Part shown: positions 42,601-54,600 of the stretch, piece by piece | How positions within the stretch are numbered: the first letter of the stretch is position 1 | Layout of the letters: the number at the start of each line of letters is the position of its first letter | Source: Nemertoderma westbladi | Lineage: Eukaryota; Animalia; Xenacoelomorpha | NCBI GenBank assembly: GCA_032718475.1 | Contig: JAUCBJ010004858.1 | Location: 1-64,000, forward strand | Direction: 5' to 3' | DNA: 64,000 nucleotides | Notes under the pieces: generated by a model | The model's database searches: none | Seen by the model: the letters and a program-made list of their open reading frames with translations, nothing else | What the model was told of the DNA's origin: nothing | Translations under genes and position numbers: made by a program

Positions 42601-45600
42601 TAATTAATGAGACTTTATGAGATTAACGCGACTTAATGAGATTGTATTAATTCAGTGACTTGGACCTTATTGAGATTGTATAAATTCAGTGACTTGGACC
42701 TTAATGAGATTGTATTAATTCAGTGACTTGACCTTAATGAGATTGTATTAATTCAGTGACTTGGACCTTAATGAGATTGTATTAATTCAGTGATTAGGAC
42801 CTTAATGAGATTGTATTAATTCAGTGACTTGGACCTTAATGAGATTGTATTAATTCAGTGATTAGGACCTTAATGAGATTGTATTAATTCAGTGACTTGG
42901 ACCTTAATGAGATTGTATTAATTCAGTGACTTGGACCTTAATGAGATTGTATTAATTCAGTGACTTGGACCTTAATGAGATTGTATTAATTCAGTGACTT
43001 GGACCTTAATGAGATTGTATTAATTCAGTGATTAAGACCTTAATGAGATTGTATTAATTCAGTGACTTGGACCTTAATGAGATTGTATTAATTCAGTGAT
43101 TAGGACCTTAATGAGATTGTATTAATTCAGTGACTTGGACCTTAATGAGATTGTATTAATTCAGTGATTAGGACCTTAATGAGATTGTATTAATTCAGTG
43201 ACTTGGACCTTAATGAGATTGTATTAATTCAGTGACTTGGACCTTAATGAGATTGTATTAATTCAGTGATTAGGACCTTAATGAGATTGTATTAATTCAG
43301 TGACTTGGACCTTAATGAGATTGTATTAATTCAGTGATTAAGACCTTAATGAAATTGTATTAATTCAGTAACTTGGACCTTAATGAGATTGTATTAATTC
43401 AGTGACTTGGACCTTAATGAGATTGTATTAATTCAGTGACTTGGACCTTAATGAGAGTGTATTAATTCAGTGACTTGGACCTTAATGAGATTGTATTATT
43501 TCAGTGACTTGGACCTTATTGAGATTGTATTAATTCAGTGACTTGGACCTTAATGAGATTGTATTAATTCAGTGACTTGGACCTTAATGAGATTGTATTA
43601 ATTCAGTGACTTGGACCTTAATGAGATTGTATTAATTCAGTGACTTGGACCTTAATGAGATTGTATTAATTCAGTGACTTGGACCTTAATGAGATTGTAT
43701 TAATTCAGTGACTTGGACCTTAATGAGATTGTATTAATTCAGTGACTTGGACCTTAATGAGATTGTATTAATTCAGTGACTTGGACCTTAATGAGATTGT
43801 ATTAATTCAGTGACTTGGACCTTAATGAGATTGTATTAATTCAGTGACTTGGACCTTAATGAGATTGTATTAATTCAGTGACTTGGACCTTAATGAGATT
43901 GTATTAATTCAGTGACTTGGACCTTAATGAGATTGTATTAATTCAGTGACTTGGACCTTAATGAGATTGTATTAATTCAGTGACTTGGACCTTAATGAGA
44001 TTGTATTAATTCAGTGACTTGGACCTTAATGAGATTGTATTAATTCAGTGACTTGGACCTTATTGAGATTGTATTAATTCAGTGACTTGGACCTTAATGA
44101 GATTGTATTAATTCAGTGACTTGGACCTTATTGAGATTGTATTAATTCAGTGACTTGGACCTTAATGAGATTGTATTAATTCAGTGACTTGGACCTTAAT
44201 GAGATTGTATTAATTCAGTGACTTGGACCTTAATGAGATTGTATTAATTCAGTGACTTGGACCTTAATGAGATTGTATTAATTCAGTGACTTGGACCTTA
44301 TTGAGATTGTATTAATTCAGTGACTTGGACCTTAATGAGATTGTATTAATTCAGTGACTTGGACCTTAATGAGATTGTATTAATTCAGTGACTTGGACCT
44401 TAATGAGATTGTATTAATTCAGTGACTTGGACCTTAATGAGATTGTATTAATTCAGTGACTTGGACCTTATTGAGATTGTATTAATTCAGTGACTTGGAC
44501 CTTATTGAGATTGTATTAATTCAGTGACTTGGACCTTAATGAGATTGTATTAATTCAGTGACTTGGACCTTAATGAGATTGTATTAATTCAGTGACTTGG
44601 ACCTTAATGAGATTGTATTAATTCAGTGACTTGGACCTTAATGAGATTGTATTAATTCAGTGACTTGGACCTTAATGAGATTGTATTAATTCAGTGACTT
44701 GGACCTTAATGAGATTGTATTAATTCAGTGACTTGGACCTTAATGAGATTGTATTAATTCAGTGACTTGGACCTTAATGAGATTGTATTAATTCAGTGAC
44801 TTGGACCTTAATGAGATTGTATTAATTCAGTGACTTGGACCTTAATGAGATTGTATTAATTCAGTGACTTGGACCTTAATGAGATTGTATTAATTCAGTG
44901 ACTTGGACCTTCATGAGATTGTATTAAATTTGAAACAGAGATAGTTGCACCTCCCTCCTCCTTGCTGGGTGAGCCAGAATTTTTATTTTTGCTTTCATTC
45001 TTTAGCTACAAGCGTTTAAAAAAGTGTCTCCGTCGATATTGCAAGAATTCAGAATAATGTAACGCAATCTGAATTACGTTGAAAAATAGCTGAGATAATA
45101 TGGGCGTCCGAAAGTTGTATGGGTTTACATCTGCGTGAAGCTATTTAATTCAGTATAAAAAAACGCACAACATTCTGTAACATTTTGCATATCTATAAAT
45201 AGCTGCGCAATAGTAATATTGTACACCATCTCCCTCAATACAACAACCATTTTTAGCAAGTCGGAGTCCCGGAGTCTCTATTAAACTTGTATGAAGATAG
45301 TTCGACACCTATTCTTACCGCTGCTCTGGCAGGGCCGGATTTTTCCACTTTCAAATCATTTAGCTACAACAAGCCGTTAAAAATGCATATTTAGCAATAT
45401 TTGACCTCCTCTTAATTTTAATCTTTTGAATGAAATCTAGATAGAACCGCTTTCATCTGCAGATTCCGAATCTAAAAACCGTTTTCATTTTCACCAATAA
45501 CTTCCGGATATATTATCATTTTTCTAAGAAATCCTTCATGACACACCGATTAAGTAGGAGGGATTTAAAACTAACTCTTTTTCAAATTTCATTAGGATTA

Positions 45601-48600
45601 TGTATAAAAATTTGGTGGGGATCCAAGTTACTGAAGGAATTTACTATATTCTAGGACATGGTGTAAACAGTGTCAACATGATGTGCTTCGAACATTAAAT
45701 CCAGAGGGATCTAAAGTTGAACTTTATTAAACTTTGGCGACGACGTTAACTTTGGTTATATTAACTTTGGTTTTATCTACCAACTTTGGTTATATCTACT
45801 AACTTTGGTTTTATCTACCAACTTTGGTTATATCTACTAACTTCATTTAGGTATATCTTCTTACTTTAGTTATATCTACTTCATGTAGGGCGGGGTAGCT
45901 CAGTTGGTTGAGCGCCGGGCCTGCAATCTATTGGTTGTAGGTTCAGCCCCGCCAGGGTCCACTCTGCCTTTCATCCACTGGGGTCGATAAAATGAGTACC
46001 AGTTAAATAACTGGGAGCAAATCTTGGGATAGGAGTAGCGCCCACCCCTACCCTCGGGTAGCAGCTATCGAAAGAGGAGCCTTCGGGTCGCCTCCGGCTT
46101 CGGCCGACTGTTTGCTTTGCTTGCTACTTCATTTAGGTATATCTTCTTCCTTTAGTTATACCTACTAACTTTGGTTTTATCTACCAACTTTGGTTATATC
46201 TCCTAAGTTTGGTTTTATCTACCAACTTTGGTTATATCTACATCCTTTCGTTATATCTACTAACTTTGGTTACATCTACCCCCTTTTGTTATATCTACTT
46301 CATTTAGTTATATCTTCTTCCTTTAGTTATATCTACTAACTTTGGTTATATCTACTAATTTTTGTTATATCTACAAACTTTGGTTATATCTACGAACTTT
46401 GGTTATATCTACTAACTTTGGTTTTATCTACCAACTTTGGTTATATCTACATCCTTTCGTTATATCTACTAACTTTGGTTACATCTACCCCCTTTTGTTA
46501 TATCTACTTAATTTAGTTATATCTTCTTCCTTTAGTTATATCTACGAACTTTAGTTATATCTACTAACTTTGGTTATATCTACGAACTTTGGCTATATCT
46601 ACTAACTTTGTTATATCTACTCCGTTTAGATATATCTACTAACTTTGGTTATATCTACTAACTTTGGTTATATCTACTAACTTTGTTATATCTACTCCGT
46701 TAAGATATATCTACTAACTTTGTTATATCTACTAACTTTGTTATATCTACTAACTTTGTTATATCTACTAACTTTGTTATATCTACTAACTTTGTTATAT
46801 CTACTCCGTTTAGATATATATACTAACTTTGTTATATCTACTCCGTTTAGATATATCTACTAACTTTGTTATATCTACTTCATTTAGGCATATCTTCTTA
46901 CTTTAGTTATATCTACTAACTTTTGTTATATCTACAAACTTTGGTTATATCTACTAACTTTGGTTATATCTACTAACTTTGTTATATCTACTCCGTTTAG
47001 ATATATATACTAACTTTGTTATATCTACTCCGTTTAGATATATCTACTAACTTTGTTATATCTACTTCATTTAGGCATATCTTCTTACTTTAGTTAAATC
47101 TACTTCATTTAGGCATATCTTCTTACTTTAGTTATATCTACTTCATTTAGGTATATCTTCTTACTTTAGTTATATCTACTTCATTTAGGTATATCTTCTT
47201 ACTTTAGTTATATCTACGAACTTTGGTTATATCTTCTTCCTTTAGTTATATCTACTAACTTTGTTATATCTACTCCGTTTAGCTATATCTACTAACTCTG
47301 GTTACATCTACTCCCTTTAGTTATATCTATTCCATTTAGGTATATCTTCTTCCTTTAGTTATATCTACTCCGTTAGGCATATCTTCTTCCTTTAGTTATA
47401 TCTACTCCATTAGGTTATATCAACGCAGTTTGTTTATATTATATACGAATATATTTAGGTTATAGTTACTCATTTTGTTATATAGACTTACTTTTGTTAT
47501 TCCCTATGGTTATATATCTACTCACTTTGGTTATATCTTGGATTTGATGGATCTATCCCGCTCGTGTCCAGGTTATTCTCAGCATCTTCATCTGACGTAA
47601 CTCCTTCAAAGGTTTCCAATCCATCTGAAAGTTACAAGAGAGTTTTTATACAGAATTACATTCAATGTATTTGGCTCTAATCTCGGACATTCCGCATTAT
47701 TACATTCAATGTATTTGGCTCTAATCTCGGACATTCCGCATTATTACATTCAATGTATTTGGCTCTAATCTCGCACATTCTGCATTATTACATTCAATGT
47801 ATTTGGCTCTAATCTCGGACATTCCGCATTATTACATTCAATGTATTCGGCTCTAATCTCGGACATTCCGCATTATTACATTCAATGTATTTGGCTCTAA
47901 TCTTTGACATTCCCCATTATTACATTCAATGTATTTAGCTCTAATCTCGGACATTCTGCATTATTAATTCAATGTATTTGGCTCTAATCTTTGACATTCC
48001 CCATTATTACATTCAATGTATTTAGCTCTAATCTCGGACATTCTGCATTATTAATTCAATGTATTTGGCTCTAATCTCGAACATTCCGCATTATTACATT
48101 CAATGTATTTGGCTCTAATCTCGGACATTCTGCATTATTAATTCAATGTATTTGGCTCTAATCTCGGACATTCCGCATTATTAATTCAATGTATTTGGCT
48201 CTAATCTCGGACATTCCGCATTATTACATTCAATGTATTTGGCTCTAATCTCGGACATTCCGCATTATTACATTCAATGTATTTGGCTCTAATCTCGGAC
48301 ATTCCGCATTATTACATTCAATGTATTTGGCTCTAATCGCGGACATTCCGCATTATTAGATTCAATTTATTTGGCTCTAATCTCGGACATTCCGCATTAT
48401 TAGATTCAATTTATTTGGCTCTAATCTCGGACATTCCGCATCATTACATTCAATGTATTTGGCTCTAATCTCGGACATTCCGCATTATTACATTCAATGT
48501 ATTTGGCTCTAATCTCGGACATTCCGCGTTATTAGATTCAATGTATTTGGCTCTAATCTCGGACATTCCGCATTATTACATTCAATGTATTTGGCTCTAA

Positions 48601-51600
48601 TCTTTGACATTCCCCATTATTACATTCAATGTATTTAGCTCTAATCTCGGACATTCTGCATTATTAATTCAATGTATTTGGCTCTAATCTCGAACATTCC
48701 GCATTATTACATTCAATGTATTTGGCTCTAATCTCGGACATTCTGCATTATTAATTCAATGTATTTGGCTCTAATCTCGGACATTCCGCATTATTAATTC
48801 AATGTATTTGGCTCTAATCTCGGACATTCCGCATTATTACATTCAATGTATTTGGCTCTAATCTCGGACATTCCGCATTATTACATTCAATGTATTTGGC
48901 TCTAATCTCGGACATTCCGCATTATTACATTCAATGTATTTGGCTCTAATCGCGGACATTCCGCATTATTAGATTCAATTTATTTGGCTCTAATCTCGGA
49001 CATTCCGCATTATTAGATTCAATTTATTTGGCTCTAATCTCGGACATTCCGCATCATTACATTCAATGTATTTGGCTCTAATCTCGGACATTCCGCATTA
49101 TTACATTCAATGTATTTGGCTCTAATCTCGGACATTCCGCGTTATTAGATTCAATGTATTTGGCTCTAATCTCGGACATTCCGCATTATTACATTCAATG
49201 TATTTGGCTCTAATCTCGGACATTCCGCATTATTACATTCAATGTATTTGGCTCTAATCTCGGACATTCCGCATTATTACATTCAATGTATTTGGCTCTA
49301 ATCTCGGACATTCCGCATTATTAGATTCAATTTATTTGGCTCTAATCTCGGACATTCCGTATTATGAATACGCATTATTTCAATTCAGAGGGATTGTTCA
49401 TTTTGCCATTTTGAATGCATTTACTACAACAACTGTATAGTAAACAATTTTAGACTTAGCATACAATTTCTGTTACCACGCTAGGGAGATGTAGAATACT
49501 CGAGAGGCGTTCTAGTAGTTTATTGTTTTAAGTTATTAATTAGGCTACTTTGCAGCGATCCGTTTTATAGGCCGCAACGATTCTTTAAACTTTTTTGTGT
49601 TTCGCGGATATCACTAAAGCGCTAACAAAATTATATAAAGTTAAACTACGGTGGCTCCTTTAGGTTAATTAAGTTTCCATTTATTATTGGAGGAGATACT
49701 AAGTCAGGCCCGGAGATACTATCTCAGGGCCTGAGATACGATCTAAGGCCCTGAGATACTAAGTCCGGCCTGGAGATACTATCTCAGGCCCTGAGATACA
49801 AAGTCCGGCCCGGAGATACTATCTCATGCCCAGAGATACTATCTCAGGCCCTGAGATAGTATCTCCAGGCCGGGCTTAGTATATCCGGCCCGGAGATAAA
49901 ATACAGAACAAGTTCATAGACATTATAGCGCTGACACAGCAATCAACAGAAACAAATTGCAGCCAATCAGCTAACCAAATAGATCGTGTCACACGGAGAT
50001 ATGGAGGGGACCACTACCCCCAATGATATATCCCACTCAGGGAAAGTCGACGAACCCGAGGGGCGAAGCACAGCCAACGTTGAAGGAGCCTGCATCCCTA
50101 CCGTCGAGAGCGCTGGAAGTTCAAGCGATGGGAAGGCAACACTCATCGACGCGCTGAAAACTAGAATTGAGCTACCACCCGTGGAGCCTTTCAAGTTTGA
50201 TGGTAGCAAGCCGGAAGAATATCTACAGTTGCGGAGGATGTATACTAATGAGGTTTTGACAAAAAATCTCACACAGACGGAGTGCCTTAAATACCTACAA
50301 GTCTATACAGGGGGGCCAGCTTACGACATCGTGAGGCAATACCAAGGTATTGAAGCAGGATTCACGACCGCATGGAGAGCCCTGGACAGGGAATTTGGCC
50401 ATCTTGCGAAGATTATCCGACAAACCTTAAGGGGAATAACATCAGGCGGACTCGCAGATTACCCCGTTAGCATCAAGACTTTCGCTAACAAAGTAGAGAA
50501 AGCGCTAATAGTGTTAAAGACCCTAGATGCACCTTACGAACACAATGCATCGAACAACATCACCATGATAGCGCAGGCACTACCGATTTGGCTAAGAAAC
50601 AAATGGAGAAAGATCGCTTTCTCCACTCGAGAAAAGAAAGGTGCAGAGCAAGGGCTGGAGGAGATGTCGAACTTCCTTAACTACGAGGCGGAGCTAATAA
50701 CGGATCCAGTCTATAGTGAGGACAGTCTAGGCAAGGTACCGAAACTACCAATCTAACTCTAGAGAATTCATGGAAGCCATAGATGATAAACAACCGGAGG
50801 TAAAGATAGATAAACATATGACGGTAAAGGAGCAGATCATGGCGGACAAGAGAATAGAATCGCAGCAGAAGGTACTAGGGATCGTATGGAACCGGGAGAC
50901 AGATGAGTTGGAGTATTTACTAAGTCAGGAGGGCGCTGGGATCCATACTAAACGGGGCTACGTGTCATACATAGCAAGGATTTACGATCCGCTATGTCTA
51001 GCGTCCCCATTGTTGGTCACGGGGAAACAAATATTGAAGAAGGTCTACAAGATTAAAGACGACTGGGACGCAGAGGTCCCAGTGGAGATGAGCAAACAGT
51101 GGGAGAAATGGACAGGGAGCCTCGCAGAAATGGGGACTTATAGTATGCCACGTGTATACTTCCCGGATGGGGACATGGGCGATTTAGAACTACATATGTT
51201 CTCCGATGCATCCCTGAAGCATATGGTGCGGCACTTTATTTGGTACAGCGGAAGGGGACTCACAAGCCCAGGCTTGCGTTTAGTAAAGCGAGGTCGACGC
51301 CACCAGATTCAGCATCAGTGCCGAAACTCGAGCTAACGGCTGCAAGACTAGGAGTGAGAGCGACAGCATACTTGGTGGACACGATACCAAGTATAGTAGA
51401 GACACACTACTGGACAGATTCCATTGGAATGGTTGCATAACGAGAAGACGCGTAATCCCATATTTGTGGCGAATAGAGTGGATGAGATAAGAGCAACATC
51501 AGATTTGGAGAAGTGGCACTACTGCCCAACTGACGAAAATCCAGCGGATCTGCTATCGAGGGGCGTTGTACGCCACGCTTTCTCGAGGAAGCAGGAGTTG

Positions 51601-54600
51601 TGGCAGCATAGACCGCACTTCCTTAATGACAGGTCGAACTGGCCACCGATGAGGAAGTTAGATCCAAGTACAGAGTAAGTGACAGTGGAGGAGGAGGGAG
51701 AGGAATCAGAAGGGGAGGAAATATTTAGTCAGCTAGTGAGGGAGGTTAAGGAGGCGCCACCACGATCAAAGGCGATAGAGTTATGCGATAACCCAACGGA
51801 TAGGCTGCTCAGTTACAGCTCCAGCTGGTACAAGATGAACAAGCTAGTAGCATATCTGAGGGCCTACAGATAATTCCTTAGGGGAGCTGGTAAGGATACC
51901 AAGATGAGACCCGCCATCGATCTGGAAGGAGCAGCCAAAGCCATGATACGATACGAACAAAGGAAGGGATACGGAGATGAGGTAGACCGCATCAGCAAGC
52001 AACAATGCCTTCGTCAAGACAGCGAGCTCAACGCCCTGTCACCATAATTAGATAACGCATGAACTCCAGGGTGGTGAACAACATCAGCCCCGTAATCCCA
52101 CCAAATCCGATAATAATCCCCAACAAGTCACCAATAGTCCACCAGATCATATGGGACGCCCATAAGTCCATACTACATGGGGGTACCAACCAGACCCTAA
52201 CGGAGATTTGAAAGATATTCTGGGTAATCCAGCTCAGGAAGATGGTGAAGGCGGTAGTGGGGCAATGCCAGACGTGCCAAACGGACGAAGAAGGAGAGGG
52301 CCGTACAGGAGATGGCGCCATTGCCGACCAACAGGGTGAGGCATCACGACCCACCGTTCACACACTGTGGCGTGGACATGTTCGGGCCGATTAAAATAAA
52401 GGTGATGCGGTATATGGAGATGACAGGATGACAGATGACATGATTATCAACAATCACTGGAGGTTGGCTAGGGTAGTGGAGATGGACCCCGGCAAAGATG
52501 GAAGTGATGATCGGAGGGAAGATAGGGGCCAGAGATAGGAAGACCTACAGGAGGGCGGTAGGGAAGTGTTGCCTATTGGAGGGGTCACCCTAAACTAGTT
52601 GAGTCGTCCAATATATTGGACTGAGGGGGTGGGATTGAGGGTGAGACGCCCTTCCCACACACTAAAAAAAATTTAAATAAAAATAAGTAGTAAAAATACT
52701 AGTACCAAGGTATGCTGTAGGTAGACATTATGTACGTCTGATGGGTACGGACGTACTAACGTACATAATATATAGGTGTAGGTAGTTACAATTATGTACA
52801 TCGGACGGGTACAAATGTACCAACATACCTAATTTACATACGCACTATTGTGGGCACTGAGGGCGCCACGTGAGGAGTTGAGGGGGGGTTTGTACGCATA
52901 CCGTAGTAGAAGGGTACATAGTACCGTAAATACGTAATACGCACTATTGTGGGCACTGAGGTCGCCACGTGAGGAGTTGATAGGGGGTATGTACGCATAC
53001 TGTAGTAGAAGGGTACACAGTACCATAGTGAGGATTAGCAGGGGTATATATTGCGCACGTCTGATGGGCACAATGTGCCAACGTACGTAATAAATACCAG
53101 CACAAGCTGGGTTAATGGGACCAATAACACGTAATACGTACTATTATGGGCATTGAGGGCGCCACTTGAGGAGTCGAGGGGGGTATGTAGGCATAGTAGA
53201 ATAGACCGTATAGGCCGCACAAACTAGACTACTGTAGCGCATAGCCCATAATACAGACTTAGGGTATTGTTACAGACCCAGGAGACTGTCTGGTAGGAAG
53301 CTAGTACGACAATAGGAAAACTGTAGCTAGTCTTCTCTGTATACAAGTAGGAATGGATTGCTTACATAGTAATCAAGTAGCAGATAGAATAATAGCACAT
53401 ACGGGGGAGAATATAAAAAAGAACAAAATTAATAAAATTATAGCAACTGGGAAGAAAAATAAGTTAAACCGGTTGCTGAGCATGGTGCAGGAGCTAGTGA
53501 GACTGAAAACTACGGTCAAGGTGGGATCGGCGATACATGGCGATGTAGACAGAATTATTGGACCGGGCACCCCAAATATTCTGGACATGCAGGTAGCCTA
53601 CATGGCTATGACGAAACCAGACGGATTGGGATTGGTGGACAACACGGGACATTACGGAGCCGTGGCAATGGACCAACTGATGGGACTCATGTGCCACAAG
53701 CCGATGGACTGGAACAAGTTCCGGGAGGAATACGGAGGGGAACTTGCAAACTCACTCAAGTGGGGAGCGAGACCGGGGAAGGATGAGCTATATCACTTCT
53801 GGAAGGGAGCGATAAAGATATGTCAGAAGAGATATATCCTACAGGAGGACTGGATAATGATAGGTTTACTAAACCTATTCATCACGGTGATTTTCGGCAG
53901 GGAGCCGACGGCGTTTCTACTATCGGCATCACCTCTGAGCCACAGGAGAGCCTTTAAGGTGGCCCTAGAAGGTTTTGTAGACCACCTGGGGGTGAAGGGC
54001 GAGTCGGTATATTGCAATACCCAACACCTGGTGGACAGAGAGGTAGACACACCGTACAAGCGATGGGAGAAACAGGGGGCGGATAGGGTTGAGGAGAGGA
54101 TACTAGAGGAAGTCGCCAGGAGAGAGAGAAGGAAAACAGCGGGCAGAAAGGCATATATAAGGGGAGGGGAGTACGAGTTCGAAGCCCAAGACTTGGACGA
54201 GTTGAGGTGGGGATTGGAGACCTTGGGCGAGTTTGGCTGGGGGACGAACTGGGTTGGATGGAAGAGACACCGATACAGTCTACATCGGGGCTGCAAGGAA
54301 TGCTGATGCCTGCGGGGTCTGAGGGCGACTTCGGAAGGAAGAGACCGAGGGAGGTAGAAGGGTGGAAGGCCATGAGTGAATACCAGGCCGGAAAGGGACA
54401 CAGTGGATTAACCGGGATCCCGGGTTTGGATCCGCTCCCGGCAGGGGATGAGGAGGAGGACGAGTTCGGGACGATGCCATCGATAGAGAGGATCGGCCAC
54501 TCAGACACGGACTGGGTGGACGGGAGAGTGGTGACAGCCACCGGGGCGAGAGCCTTCTGGGACGCACCCGGCAAGCGGACCTGGGAGCATGGGGAGCCGG

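Noticed and set aside
45888-45960. Second tRNA gene
   Set aside because: The cloverleaf is incomplete and continues into a SINE core and tail.
49471-49690. 5' LTR of the BEL element starting TGTTACC
   Set aside because: No similarity to the 55166-55606 LTR-like segment and no clear PBS or TSD.
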